Below, in pieces: positions 11,266 to 22,053 of a stretch of 64,000 nucleotides of DNA. The DNA lies in the NCBI RefSeq assembly GCF_047692315.1, contig NZ_JBLLJS010000019.1, positions 2,223 to 66,222 of the forward strand, given 5' to 3'. Origin of the DNA: Symbiopectobacterium sp. (lineage in GTDB: Bacteria > Pseudomonadota > Gammaproteobacteria > Enterobacterales > Enterobacteriaceae). The notes beneath the pieces are model-generated. The model was not told the origin of the DNA, searched no databases, and worked only from the letters and a program-made list of their open reading frames with translations. Every line of letters begins with the position of its first letter. The stretch's first letter is position 1. The translations under genes were made by a program, and so were the position numbers.

Positions 11266-11300
11266 AGGCTGCCACCTTTGAGGGTGGCAGCCTTTCCTGC
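11266..11300 (+). terminator. Stem-loop after the ansB remnant
   Basis: The 11-bp arms are aggctgccacc and ggtggcagcct, with loop tttgag, followed by ttcctgcttctt. Confidence 0.55.
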
Positions 11301-11506
11301 TTCTTACTCAGCTATCTATTTCATGAAATCGTGTATTTAACGCGAAATAACAAACAACGTGGAAGTGATGCCGCGTAAATCAGGATAGATGTGCGGATTA
11401 GCGCCCAGAGGCTTTCTTGTTGTCATGCTTTATCGGTATGATGCCCGCTGATATCGATTAATGCGTCCCGGGGATTGCCGGGAAAGTGAGAAGGGTAGGT
11501 CATTAC

Positions 11507-12031
11507 ATGTCACAGCCCATTTTTATGGTTGGGGCCAGAGGGTGTGGTAAAACCACGGTTGGCAACGCGCTGGCGCGTGCGTTGGGTTATCAGTTTGCCG
11601 ACACCGATCTGTTTATGCGGCAAACCAGCAAAATGAGCGTGGCGGATGTGGTTGCGAATGAAGGATGGCAAGGCTTTCGCCAGCGTGAAAGCTTTGCTCT
11701 GCAACAGGTGACGCAGCCGCGCTGTGTGATCGCCACCGGCGGCGGTATGGTGCTTTCTCCGCAGAACCGTCAGTTTATGCGCGCGCAAGGGATTGTTGTC
11801 TATCTGTTTGCCTCTGCAACGCTGCTGGGTGAGCGCCTGGAGGCTTGCCCCGAGGCGCATCAACGCCCCACGTTGACCGGACGTCCAATTGTCGACGAAA
11901 TGGCCGATGTGCTGGCAGCGCGGGAAACGTTGTACCGCGATGTGGCACATCACGTGGTCATTGCCTCTGCGGCTCCGGATGCCATCGTGGCAGAGATTCT
12001 GCAAATGTTGCGTGTTTCAGCCGCCTCATAA
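11507..12031 (+). CDS. aroL: Shikimate kinase II
   Basis: The product begins [19 protein letters not shown] with a P-loop and is collinear with E. coli AroL ([19 protein letters not shown]...RPTLTGKP...). I chose the internal ATG at 11507 over the GTG at 11486 on the basis of that homology. Confidence 0.92.
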   Translation: MSQPIFMVGARGCGKTTVGNALARALGYQFADTDLFMRQTSKMSVADVVANEGWQGFRQRESFALQQVTQPRCVIATGGGMVLSPQNRQFMRAQGIVVYLFASATLLGERLEACPEAHQRPTLTGRPIVDEMADVLAARETLYRDVAHHVVIASAAPDAIVAEILQMLRVSAAS

Positions 12032-12089
12032 GCGGCTTTTCGTTGGTTATTTCTTTCTTCTCGTTTCTGATCACAGGCGCTATACTATA

Positions 12090-12371
12090 TTGAATATTAA
12101 TGAATATTTTTCTAGAAAAGTGAAATCTATCGGTTTTGACAGTGACTCCATTGGCCGCGCCAGTGTGGGCGTGATGGAAGCGGGAGAGTACACTTTTGGT
12201 ACCGGGCAACCGGAAGAGATGGCCGTTGTCAGCGGTGCGCTCACGGTAAAGTTGCCAGGCAGCAATGAATAGCAAGTTTTTGGGCCCGGAGCTGTATTCT
12301 CTGTGCCGGGCAGCAGCGAGTTCTATTTACAAGTGGCTGAGCCGACCTCTTATCTCTGCAAATACCTCTGA
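12090..12371 (+). pseudogene. ppnP: Pyrimidine/purine nucleoside phosphorylase PpnP (YaiE) with an in-frame amber codon
   Basis: From the TTG start at 12090 the translation is [63 protein letters not shown] follows at 12270..12272. The same frame then continues [32 protein letters not shown] to the stop. This is collinear with E. coli YaiE, where the stop position is W (DWQVY). Confidence 0.85.
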
Positions 12372-12375
12372 TCTT

Positions 12376-12397
12376 TTGCCCCTGCATGCAGGGGCAA
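12376..12397. other. Perfect 22-bp palindrome (stem-loop) just 3' of ppnP; possible terminator lacking a U-tract
   Basis: The sequence ttgcccctgcatgcaggggcaa is self-complementary over its full length. Confidence 0.4.
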
Positions 12398-12832
12398 ACC
12401 CGCCTTGCCAACCAGATATAAAGCATTTTCGCCGTGTGAAAATGCGTATAACCAAGATTATATTTGGTTGCTGTTTCGCCGGTAATATCTTCGCGGCGTT
12501 GGTCGATTGTCACCAACGAAAATAATCACCGTTTAGATCAGGCCGCTTATTCAGCGGTTAAACCGCGAATAATTCGCTTGTTGTTCATATCTTTTTCTTA
12601 TATCTGTTAATAAGCACACTATCCCGATTATATCATTTTATTTGATGAAATAAACTGATTTTTTATGCCAATCTGGTAATGAACCGTGAAGCTGACGCTT
12701 AAATGAGTGAAAAATATCATACTAAGTTCTATTTTCCTGTTATACATCTTCTTTAGCGCCACAATCCGCGCTCAAGTTTGATTTTATTCTGTCGTTATAG
12801 AATATATAGCTATCTTCTACTAAGAGTGATTT

Positions 12833-14605
12833 ATGCTGAAAACAACGCGAGCGCGCATATTGGCGGTGTGTGCGTCTATTGTGGTTTTTTCCCTCGCTGT
12901 AAATACCTACCTGAATTACACCATTGCCAATAATGCAAATGAGTCATCCATCGAAGACACTCTGGATTCGGTGACCAGTAGCCACGGTCTGGCAATCAGT
13001 GATTGGGTGGCCTCAAAAATTCAGATGATTCCTCCATAAATGATTGGGTTCTGACCCATGAGGATCCGATTCCGCTGTTCAAACAGATGGTGACGGCGGG
13101 GAAACTCCTGAACGTCTATTGGGGTATGTCGATGGCACGGCAAAATTTGCCGATCCGGGCGGTATTCTGGCGGATTACAACCCGACAGTGCGCCCTTGGT
13201 ATAAGCAGGCGGTGCAGGTTGGGAAACCGGTTGCCACTACTCCGTATATTGATATGGTGACCAACAAGCTGGTGGTGTCATTCGTTTCACCGGTGGTTTC
13301 AGGCTCCAGTGTCAAAGGCGTGCTGGGCAGTGACGTGACGATGGAGAATGTCATCGCCAATGTGCGCTCCATCAACCCGACTCCGGCCAGTTTTGGCGTG
13401 CTGATCGACAAAGCTGGTGTGATTATTGCGCATCCGGATGAAAATCTGACGCTGAAAAATATCACGGATATTGCCCCGGGCATTGTGCTCGGCGAATTAC
13501 TGACTGCTCAGCATCCGGTGACCGTCGAGATGGGCGGCCCAGAGCGCATGGTGCGGGCACCGACTGGTATATTCTGGTGGCGCTCGACAGGGCAGAAGCC
13601 AAGGCTGGCATGCGTTCGCTGCTGACCACGTCGGTGATAACGCTGGTCATTATCTCATTGCTCGGCTCGCTGATCGTTGGCGTCATCATTACAAAAACGC
13701 TTAAACGTCTGCTGCAAGTGCGCGATGCGATGGATGACATCAGTAACGGTAACAATGACTTGAGCCAGCGCTTGCCCGATGAAGGCCACGACGAAGTGGC
13801 GCAGATTGCCCGTTCGTTCAACGTCTTTATCGACAAGCTCAGCATGGTGATGATTCAGATTCGTGATATCAGCGCCTCGGTGAAAGTCGCGGTGGATGAA
13901 ATCTCGTTAGGCAATAATGATCTTTCTGCGCGTACTGAGTCTGCGGCCGCGAGTATTCAACAAACTGCCGCCTCGCTGGAGCAAATCTCGGCGGCGGTCA
14001 CCGAATCGGCCAGCTCTGCACAGCATGTGAATAGCCAGGCGCGCATCTTGTCTGAAGACGCCAGCACCGGCGGTAAAGTGGTTTCAGATGTGATTGTGAC
14101 AATGGAAGATATCGTCGCCGCTTCCGGCAAGATTGGCGATATTATCGGTGTTATTGACGGCATTGCCTTCCAGACCAATATTCTGGCGCTAAATGTGGCG
14201 GTGGAAGCGGCAAGAGCAGGTGAGCAAGGCCGTGGTTTTGCGGTGGTTGCCTCCGAAGTTAGCGCCCTGGCGCAACGTAGCGCACAGGCAGCAAAAGAGA
14301 TCAAAACCTTGATCGAAGCGATCGTGGTCAGCGTCACCTCCGGTTCCACGCAAGTGCGTCAGGCCAGCAGTACCATGCAGGAGATTGTCGGCGGCGTTTC
14401 CACCGTGACCACGGTGATGTCGGAGATCACCCACGCGGCGGATGAGCAAATGCGCGGCATTCAGGAGATCAACAAGGCGATGGCGCAGTTGGATTCCATG
14501 GTGCAGCAAAACGCGGCACTGGTGCAGGAGTCTACAGCGGCAACCGAAGCGCTGTTGGCGCAAACGGAAGAACTGCACTCCACGGTGGAACACTTCAAGG
14601 TGTAA
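12833..14605 (+). pseudogene. Methyl-accepting chemotaxis protein with dCache-type periplasmic sensor, three frameshifts
   Basis: The fragments are 12833..13039 (signal/TM1), 13003..13120 in frame 1, 13119..13625 (Cache-like: GYVDGTAKFADP...RPWYKQAV...) and 13577..14605 (TM2, HAMP, signalling domain with [33 protein letters not shown]). Single-T losses are inferred at about 13029..13031 and 13119..13121. A third shift lies at about 13540..13565. Confidence 0.88.
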
Positions 14606-14627
14606 AACTTCTGACGTAAAAAATGAT

Positions 14628-14650
14628 GAGCGCCGTAAGGCGCTCTTTTT
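14628..14650. terminator. Bidirectional intrinsic terminator between the chemoreceptor gene and mdtI
   Basis: The stem is gagcgcc and ggcgctc around loop gtaa. It is followed by ttttt on the plus strand and preceded by aaaaaa, which gives a U-tract for the minus strand. Confidence 0.75.
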
Positions 14651-14651
14651 A

Positions 14652-14981
14652 TTACGCCAGTTTAATCAGCACCATTCCCAGCAGTAGCAGCCCCAAGCCT
14701 ACCCAGCCGTTTTTGTTCAGGCGTTGGCCGAACAATATCCAGCCTGCTGCTACCGTGGCGGCGATGCCGAATCCGCCCCACAGCGCGTAGGCGACGGTGA
14801 GTTCGATGCCTTTTACCGCTTGCGCCAGTGCGCTGAACGCGGCCAGTACGCTTATCAGCGACAATATTCCAAGCCACACATTGCGAAAGCCATTCGACAG
14901 TTTAAGGAATATGTTGGCGGCAATCTCTAACACGATCGCCAAAGCCAGGAATGCAGCATGGTGCCATTCAAACGGTAGCAT
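14652..14981 (-). CDS. mdtI: Spermidine export protein MdtI (SMR family)
   Basis: The 109-aa product is near-collinear with E. coli MdtI (...[23 protein letters not shown]...[25 protein letters not shown]). Confidence 0.9.
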   Translation of the reverse strand: MLPFEWHHAAFLALAIVLEIAANIFLKLSNGFRNVWLGILSLISVLAAFSALAQAVKGIELTVAYALWGGFGIAATVAAGWILFGQRLNKNGWVGLGLLLLGMVLIKLA

Positions 14982-15336
14982 GATGGTTACCCCGCGTTGA
15001 ACGAGTCGCTGGCGCTTTGCGCACGCCTGATTTCACCAACAGGATACCCACTAACAATATTGCCAGCCCGACGGCTTTCAACACAGAAAGGGATTCATCA
15101 AACAGCATAACGCTGAACAGCGTAATAATCAGAATGCCAATGCCCTCCCAAAGGGCATAAGCCACGCCCAACGCAACGCGCTTTATCGAGATTGACAGCA
15201 AAAGGTAAGAGAGTGCAATCATGCCATACATCACCAGATGGCCTAGCGGACTGCCGCTGACGCTGGCGTATTTCATGCTAAGGGTGCCAATAATTTCTGC
15301 TGCAATGGCGCACGCTAAAAAGATCCAGTAAATCAT
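14968..15336 (-). CDS. mdtJ: Spermidine export protein MdtJ (SMR family)
   Basis: From the ATG at 15336 the product begins [26 protein letters not shown]...[27 protein letters not shown], which matches E. coli MdtJ. It overlaps mdtI by 14 nt. Confidence 0.88.
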   Translation of the reverse strand: MIYWIFLACAIAAEIIGTLSMKYASVSGSPLGHLVMYGMIALSYLLLSISIKRVALGVAYALWEGIGILIITLFSVMLFDESLSVLKAVGLAILLVGILLVKSGVRKAPATRSTRGNHHATV

Positions 15337-15802
15337 TATTTTCTCCCTGATCGGGTCATTCGTAGCATGTGGGTGATGCCCCCGTGAAAACAAGGTGCAG
15401 TGATGCCGGGGATGTCAGCTCCCATATGCGATAATAGGGGTAAGGCATGAGCAGACAAATGCTTAAGGATGCGCTGCTGCCGCCAAATTCAGAGAGAGCT
15501 AAAGTTCGCTACACCAGTGATGCTCACTGGCAAGGAGCGCTGAAAGGAAAAGCATATAGATGGAAGTAATGACGGTTTTACTCTGTATTTTCTTCATGAT
15601 GATTCTGTATTACCCGCCGCAGATAATGCGATTTGTCCACATTCCTCTGAATTAAAATAATATTATAATACTTTAACTGTAGCATTCCTCATGAGGGAAA
15701 GCAAACCGGCGCTCGGTTTGAGGGCGTCTCATTGCCTGTTCGTTTAGCTGGCGGTGCAGAAAGACGCTGCGCCGCGCTGATTGACGTTACGTCTTAGGTC
15801 AC

Positions 15803-16276
15803 TTACGCCCTCAACGGCATTCTTAACATGGGATGTGGCTGCTGTTTGGCAAAGTAACGCTGAATATGGTGCAGAACTTCGCGCTGGCCGGGGAAGGGTA
15901 ACATCCGCTCTGCTTGCTCAAAGGTTGCCCAATGAAACTCGCTGTGTTCAGCATTGAGCACAATGTCCACGTCAGCGGCGACGTAGGCAACAAACACCGG
16001 CACCAGAGTGATGCCGTTGTTATCAGCTTCGTAAAACTGCTCGCAACGCTCGGCTGAATAGAGGTCGGTCAATTGCAGGCCGGTCTCTTCTTTGGCTTCA
16101 CGCTGTGCCGTTTGCCAGGCGTCTTCCCCGGCTTCAATACCACCGGCTATCTGGCACCACTGCCCAGGTTGGGTATGGCCGTTGCGGCGCAGCAGTAATA
16201 CCTGATAACCCGTCCGCGATGGGCGCAATACATACAGCGCGATAGAAAAACAGTGCACCGGGATCTCATGGCGCAT
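15803..16276 (-). CDS. NUDIX hydrolase
   Basis: The ORF is 157 aa and has the canonical Nudix box GGIEAGEDAWQTAQREAKEETGL. Confidence 0.8.
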   Translation of the reverse strand: MRHEIPVHCFSIALYVLRPSRTGYQVLLLRRNGHTQPGQWCQIAGGIEAGEDAWQTAQREAKEETGLQLTDLYSAERCEQFYEADNNGITLVPVFVAYVAADVDIVLNAEHSEFHWATFEQAERMLPFPGQREVLHHIQRYFAKQQPHPMLRMPLRA

Positions 16277-16310
16277 AACGCAATCCTTGTTCCGTTTGCC
16301 TGATTAAGGT

Positions 16311-17222
16311 TTAGCGCTGCGCTTCACCACCCAGTGCTTCCACCAGATTGGTGGTCAATGCGGAAAGCTCGCTGGTCATCAGAATGAAATTGGCATCAAA
16401 GCGCTGAGCAACATCTTCTCTGTCGATGTCGTCATTCTGCTCGCGCAGCGTGTCGGCGAATTTCAGCCGTTTCAGCGTGCCATCTTCCGCCAACACCAGT
16501 TGGATCCGCTCCTGCCAGTCGAGGGCAAGTTTGGTGACCACTTTGCCTTTTTCGATATGCACGGCGATTTCATCACTCACCAGATCTTGCTTCTTGCAGC
16601 GGATCACACCGCCATCTTCCAGAATGGCTTTTAATTCAGCCTCATCTTGCAGGGTGAAGCCGGCAGGTACATCCCCAGATCGGACCCATTCGGTCAGCGT
16701 CAACTCAATAGGATTTTCCAGCGCCAGCGGTACTACAGGCAGCGAGCCCAGGGTTTTACGCAACAATGCCAGCGTATCTTCGGCTTTTTTAGCGCTGGCA
16801 GCATCGACCATAATCAATTGATTGACGGTGTCGATCCATAACCAGACCTGGCTGAAACGGCTGAAGGCGCGCGGCAGCAGCGTATGCAGCACTTCATCCT
16901 TCAGGGTGTCTTTTTCCGTTTTTTTCAGTTTACGGTGCTGTTCGGCTTCAAGCTTGTCAATTTTGGCCTGAAGCGCCTGCTTGATCACCGGCGAGGGCAG
17001 CATCTTCTCTTCTTTGCGTGCGCAGAGAAGCAGCTGGCCATTGACTCTGTGGATCAGTGCATCGCTGTGAGAACCCATGGGGGATACCCAGCCGGTGCGG
17101 GAAAGATCCTGGCTGCCGCATGGGGTAAAGGCGAACTCACTTAATTGTTTTTCCAACGCATCGGTGGAAAGGGCGATATCGCGGTTCAAGCGATAAATAA
17201 TAACATTTTTAAACCACAGCAT
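16311..17222 (-). CDS. rdgC: Recombination-associated protein RdgC
   Basis: The 303-aa product begins [12 protein letters not shown]...AFTPCGSQD and ends GGEAQR. It is collinear with E. coli RdgC. Confidence 0.95.
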   Translation of the reverse strand: MLWFKNVIIYRLNRDIALSTDALEKQLSEFAFTPCGSQDLSRTGWVSPMGSHSDALIHRVNGQLLLCARKEEKMLPSPVIKQALQAKIDKLEAEQHRKLKKTEKDTLKDEVLHTLLPRAFSRFSQVWLWIDTVNQLIMVDAASAKKAEDTLALLRKTLGSLPVVPLALENPIELTLTEWVRSGDVPAGFTLQDEAELKAILEDGGVIRCKKQDLVSDEIAVHIEKGKVVTKLALDWQERIQLVLAEDGTLKRLKFADTLREQNDDIDREDVAQRFDANFILMTSELSALTTNLVEALGGEAQR

Positions 17223-17412
17223 GGTGTTATCCCTGGCGGTGCGTGCGTGGCACGCGGATGAAAGGGGGAGGGACGCATGATAGCGGATTTGACGCGCAAG
17301 TGCAGCGCGTAATGGTGGATTCGGTATACACTAGAATGAAGCAGTTTTGTGCCAGGTGCGTGAAAACTGAGATATTTGTTCATCCCTGACGGGAATTTTC
17401 TAAGGAGGCAGT

Positions 17413-18333
17413 GTGCGTATTGGCGTTGATTTGGGCGGCACCAAAACGGAAGTCATTGCGCTGGGGGATAACGGCGAAACGCTATTCCGGCATCGTCTGC
17501 CGACACCCCGTGATGACTATCAGGGAACGTTGCAAACCATTGCTGCGTTGGTCAATGAAGCCGAAAAGGCAACCGGCATGACGGGGAGCGTTGGCGTGGG
17601 GATTCCTGGCACCTTATCCCACCCCCCTGTCGCACAACGTAAAAAACGCCAATTCCGTGTGGCTGAACGACAGGCCGTTGGATAACGATCTCTCAGCCCT
17701 GTTGCAGCGTCCGGTGCGCCTTGCCAATGATGCCAACTGTCTGGCCGTATCAGAAGCGGTGGATGGTGCCGGTGCCGGGCTTGGCGTGGTGTTTGCCATT
17801 ATTATCAGCACGGGATGCGGTGCGGGCATTGCGCTCAACGGGCGCGCCCATGCCGGGCGCAACGGTATTGCCGGTGAATGGGGGCATAACCCGCTGCCCC
17901 GGCAGAATGAGGAAGAGCGCCGACATTCGCAGGCCGTGCCTTGCTATTGTGGTCAAACCGGGTGTATCGAAACCTTTATTTCCGGATTTCCGGCACCGGT
18001 TTTGCCGCCGATTATCGCCATGTCACGGGGCACGCCTGCAACGGAGAAACGATCGTTTCACTGGCGCGTCAAGGTGATAGCGCCGCAGAGCAGGTGCTGC
18101 AACGCTATGAGCAGCGCCTGGCGAAATCCATTGCACACGTGATCAACTTAGTGGATCCGGACGTGGTGCTGCTGGGGGGCGGGATGAGCAACGTCCCGCG
18201 TTTTTATCAAACGCTGCCCGCGCTGATTACCCCGTGGATATTTGGTCAGGAGTGCACCACACCTATTCGTCAGGCAACGCACGGTGATTCCAGCGGTGTG
18301 CGCGGTGCCGCCTGGCTGTGGCCGGCAGCATAA
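17413..18333 (+). pseudogene. mak: Fructokinase/manno(fructo)kinase Mak (ROK family), two frameshifts
   Basis: The three fragments, 17413..17685, 17591..18142 and 17941..18333, together align end to end with E. coli Mak ([19 protein letters not shown]...[14 protein letters not shown]...[17 protein letters not shown]...[13 protein letters not shown]). The first shift is in or near the C6 run at 17622..17627. The second is an 8-bp tandem duplication, atttccgg twice, at 17978..17993. Confidence 0.9.
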
Positions 18334-18363
18334 CGCGTCTGCACCCATCATACACGCAGAGCG

Positions 18364-21300
18364 CTACAGGGCGTAGCGCTCATCAAGCTGGCTTACTCCC
18401 AACCCATTGACCTTTTTGACCTTGATTTGCGTGGAGATACGTGCTTTTATCGCTTCCACGTGGCTGATGACGCCAATGGTTTTGCCGGTCGCATTAAGGT
18501 TATCCAGCGCATCCAACGCACTATCCAGAGTATCCGCGTCCAGCGTGCCGAACCCTTCATCAAGAAACAGCGAGTCGATACGGGTTTTGTTGCTTACTAA
18601 ATCGGAGAGTGCCAGCGCTAACGCCAGACTGACCAAAAAGCTCTCGCCGCCCGACAGGGTGCGAGTGTCGCGCCCCGCGTCAGCTTGCCAGGTGTCGAGT
18701 ACATGCAGGCCGAGTTCATCGTCGGTTTTACGCTGAAGCTGATATCGGCCGTGCAGGCGGGTAAGGCGCAAGTTGGCCAGATACACCAGATGATCGAGCG
18801 TTAGCCCCTGGGCGAATTTACGGAATTTATCGCCGCTTTGCGAACCGATAAGATCGTTGAGGCAACTCCAATCGGCATAGTGTTGGCTTTGTTGCTCGAT
18901 CTCCTGTAGCAGCGTCTGTTGTTTATCCCGTTGGATCTCATCGTTGCGCAGCCGCTGCTGCTGCCCGCCTTGTTGGTAGAGATTGGTTTTTAGTGCGGCA
19001 TCGAGCATGTCCAGTTGTTGTTCTGGCGTTGCGGCTTCCTCGCCCTCAGGCTCGGTTGCCGGACGCTGCGCCAGATGTGCGTTCAACGCGGCAATGGCCT
19101 GCTCTAGCAGCGCTTTGGTCTCCGTTACCGCCTGGCGCACCGCATCGATTTTTGCCCGCAGCGTCTGACACGTGTCATCATCCAGCAGCGCTTGCTGAAA
19201 AGCAGTTTCGTCAATGAACGGACTGCGCGCCAGCGCAGCAGCAAACTGTGCGGCGGCTTGTTGCTCATTGTCTACACACTGTTGACAGTGTACGCGTTGT
19301 CCGGCCATCTCACCCGCCAGTCTGGCAAGCTGTGCCGCCGCATCTTGTGTCGCGGCGGCTAATTGGTCGACGGTCTGCTGGTGTTGTTCGCTTTGTTGCC
19401 GCCACGCGTGTCGCACCTGTTGCGTATCGCGATCGCCAAACAAGGCATGACGCTGTTGACGCAAGGCTGCCAGCTGTTTTTCCCCGTCCTGCCATTGTGC
19501 CTGTTGTTGTGTGACGTGGGCTTGGAGTGCCTGTAGGCTTTTTTCCCGTTCTTGCACAGTCGCGTGCAGCGAAGCCAGCGTTTTTTCATGTTGCTGTAGC
19601 TGCTGCTCGGTGTTTTGCCAACGTTCAGCCTCAGCGGTGCGTTCAACCAGCCACTGCTGTTGTTCAGCAAGGGGCGGCAATGCCAGCGTGTAGGGCGCTA
19701 GCGCCTTGACGAGCGTTTCTTGCTGTTGCGTAAGCTGTGCCGCGAGCTGCTGCTGTTTGTGTACGTTTTCTGCAACCCCTTCCTGATGTGTATGAATACG
19801 CTGTTGCAGCAACGCGAACTGTTGTTCCGTTTCCTGATGTTGGCGCTGTGCCGCTGCCAGTGAATCCTTACTTTCTTGCCAACGTCGTTGCAGTTGTTCT
19901 TGTGCTTCTATCTGGCTAAACAACGTATCTGCTTCGCGATCGCAGGTTGTCAGCCACTCGACAATCTCTTGTTCCTGCTCCGGTGCGAAGGTGACGTGTA
20001 AATGCTCACTCACTTGCTGCCAGGCGCTGTATTGCGTTTGGTACAGGTTTATTTGCTCAGCCCGTTCGGCCTCAAGTTCATCACGCTGTTTGGCGAGCGC
20101 GGCGAGTGCGCCCTCCTGTTGCGCCAACGCACTGCGCGCCTGCTGGCACTGCGCGCGCAGTTCTGCCATGCGTACTTGCGCATCGGAAGCGGTTAGTGTC
20201 AGAGCCTGATAGTCTTCAATCGCCGGATGGTGCGTGGAACCACACAGCGGGCAAGGTTTGCCCGCTTGCAACTGCGCACGCTCGGCTTCCAGTTTGACGA
20301 TACGCTTTTCTAGCTCGACGTGTTGTTCAACATCGTTGAATTGTTGCTCCAGACGCTGACAGTCGGCGAGCTGCGTTTTACCGTGTTGTTCATCGGTTTG
20401 ATAACGTGCGTTCAGTTCGCGCCATTTGCTTGCGCTTTTTTGCTGCTGTTGGCGCAGGTTGCTGAGCGATTGTGTTAATTCTCCGAATCGCCGCCTGTCA
20501 TGACGAGCACGCTGGTGTGCCGCGTAGCGCTCACGCAAGCGGGCAATAGGATTTTCCGCTTCAGCCTGCTGCCACAACCTTTGCTGCTGCTGACATTGCT
20601 GTTGCAAGGTGAGAGCGTGTTGTTGTTGCGCCGCACGTTGGTCGTTCAGCGCTAACTGCATGTGCGTCATCTCTTGCTCATCGTTTGTCAGACGCTGCCG
20701 CTGCGTTGCCAAATCGTCCAGTTCCCCAGACAGACGCTGCTGCTCCTGAAATGCCGCGCGCCAACTGCCCAGTTGTTCGCGCCAGTGACGGTGGTAGGGA
20801 TGTTGCTGTTGGTAGGCGAGTAAGGCTTCATGCTGGGTTTGCGCGGTGTCGCGCTGACGCAACAGATCGGTCAGTTGCTGCTGCTCGTTATCACGCTGCG
20901 TTTGGGTTTGGGTCAACGCCTGGCGCAACTGTGCACTGCGTTCACCCTGTGCGGTAATTTGCTGATCGAGCGGCATCACCTGCTGTTCGATCAACGTCTC
21001 TTCCTGCTGGCGTGCGGCACTGTGCTGCTTTTGTGCTTGTTGCGCTTGCTCAGATAAGAGCCGCTGTTGCTCATGTGCTGCCTTGCACGTGGCGTGCTGT
21101 TGCACCAATTCGGTTTCCCGCGCTTGTGCGGCGGTCCGCGCTAACCGAGCACGTTCGCGCTCTTGCTGCAATGGGCGCAATTTCTCTGCGGGCTCATCGC
21201 GCTCCAGCCGCAAGCGGTCGGGCTCGGCGTCACTCTGTGCTTGCTCCGCCACTGCTGCCTGTTGCTGCCTTTGTCGTATATCCTGTTGTAACTGCCGTTC

Positions 21301-22053
21301 TTGAGCCAGCCATTGCTGGTGTGTCAGTGCTCGCTCACGTTTTTTGCGCAGTTGCTGCTCTTCCTGTTGTAGCTGCGTTAACGCAGTTTGTACCGCGTCG
21401 CGCTCGCCGTCATCCAACAACGCAATGGCCGACGCACGCGCCTTTAGCGTATCCAGCGCCAGCTTAACGTCTTTATGACGCTCATAGATTCGGCTGGAGA
21501 TCTTACCGTAGATCACCGTGCCAGTTAGCTCCTCCAACAGTGCTGCGCGATCTTTGGTATCGGCATTGAGAAAGGCAGCGAATTGGCCCTGTGAGAGCAT
21601 CATCGAACGGGTAAAACGCTCAAAATCCAGTCCGGTAATACGGGTGGTGAGAGCAAGCTTTTCGGACAGCTTTTGCGTCAGGATCTTACCGTCTTCGATC
21701 AGCGCCAGTTCGGCTTTTGGAGCTTGAAGGTTACCGTCTGCGGCATTTTTTGCCCGACGTTGGCTCCAGAAAGCACGATAGCCTACACCTTTGACTTCAA
21801 ATTCCACTTCGGCCAGACAGTCGGCAGAGTTGCGCGTCATCAGCTCGTTCTGAGTAGCAGAGAGCGTATCCAGTCGTGGCGTTTTGTGATAAAGCGCCAG
21901 ACAAATAGCGTCCAGCAGTGTGGTTTTACCCGCACCGGTCGGGCCGGTGATGGCAAACAGGCCGTTACTGGAGAACGGCTCCTGCGTGAAGTCAATCTTC
22001 CATTCGCCTTTGAGCGAGTTGAGGTTTTTTAACCGTAAGCTAAGGATTTTCAT
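18364..22053 (-). CDS. sbcC: Exonuclease SbcC (SbcCD nuclease ATPase subunit)
   Basis: The ORF is 1229 aa. It has an N-terminal Walker [10 protein letters not shown], a zinc hook CPLCGS in the centre of a long Q-rich coiled coil, and a C-terminal LSGGE...[11 protein letters not shown]. It overlaps sbcD by 4 nt. Confidence 0.93.
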   Translation of the reverse strand: MKILSLRLKNLNSLKGEWKIDFTQEPFSSNGLFAITGPTGAGKTTLLDAICLALYHKTPRLDTLSATQNELMTRNSADCLAEVEFEVKGVGYRAFWSQRRAKNAADGNLQAPKAELALIEDGKILTQKLSEKLALTTRITGLDFERFTRSMMLSQGQFAAFLNADTKDRAALLEELTGTVIYGKISSRIYERHKDVKLALDTLKARASAIALLDDGERDAVQTALTQLQQEEQQLRKKRERALTHQQWLAQERQLQQDIRQRQQQAAVAEQAQSDAEPDRLRLERDEPAEKLRPLQQERERARLARTAAQARETELVQQHATCKAAHEQQRLLSEQAQQAQKQHSAARQQEETLIEQQVMPLDQQITAQGERSAQLRQALTQTQTQRDNEQQQLTDLLRQRDTAQTQHEALLAYQQQHPYHRHWREQLGSWRAAFQEQQRLSGELDDLATQRQRLTNDEQEMTHMQLALNDQRAAQQQHALTLQQQCQQQQRLWQQAEAENPIARLRERYAAHQRARHDRRRFGELTQSLSNLRQQQQKSASKWRELNARYQTDEQHGKTQLADCQRLEQQFNDVEQHVELEKRIVKLEAERAQLQAGKPCPLCGSTHHPAIEDYQALTLTASDAQVRMAELRAQCQQARSALAQQEGALAALAKQRDELEAERAEQINLYQTQYSAWQQVSEHLHVTFAPEQEQEIVEWLTTCDREADTLFSQIEAQEQLQRRWQESKDSLAAAQRQHQETEQQFALLQQRIHTHQEGVAENVHKQQQLAAQLTQQQETLVKALAPYTLALPPLAEQQQWLVERTAEAERWQNTEQQLQQHEKTLASLHATVQEREKSLQALQAHVTQQQAQWQDGEKQLAALRQQRHALFGDRDTQQVRHAWRQQSEQHQQTVDQLAAATQDAAAQLARLAGEMAGQRVHCQQCVDNEQQAAAQFAAALARSPFIDETAFQQALLDDDTCQTLRAKIDAVRQAVTETKALLEQAIAALNAHLAQRPATEPEGEEAATPEQQLDMLDAALKTNLYQQGGQQQRLRNDEIQRDKQQTLLQEIEQQSQHYADWSCLNDLIGSQSGDKFRKFAQGLTLDHLVYLANLRLTRLHGRYQLQRKTDDELGLHVLDTWQADAGRDTRTLSGGESFLVSLALALALSDLVSNKTRIDSLFLDEGFGTLDADTLDSALDALDNLNATGKTIGVISHVEAIKARISTQIKVKKVNGLGVSQLDERYAL

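Noticed and set aside
11330-11355. Possible TyrR box upstream of aroL (tgtatttaacgcgaaataaca).
   Set aside because: It is only an imperfect inverted repeat. The right half does not match TTTACA of the TGTAAA-N6-TTTACA consensus.
15394-15802. A 410-bp AT-rich spacer between mdtJ and the NUDIX gene. It contains two small ORFs: a 40-codon plus-strand ORF (MSRQMLKDALLPPNSERAKVRYTSDAHWQGALKGKAYRWK) and a 32-codon minus-strand ORF with a signal-peptide-like start (MKKIQSKTVITSIYMLFLSALLASEHHWCSEL).
   Set aside because: Neither has recognisable homology, convincing RBS spacing or conservation evidence available from the sequence alone. They could be gene remnants or part of the long mdtJI leader. 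I cannot support a call.
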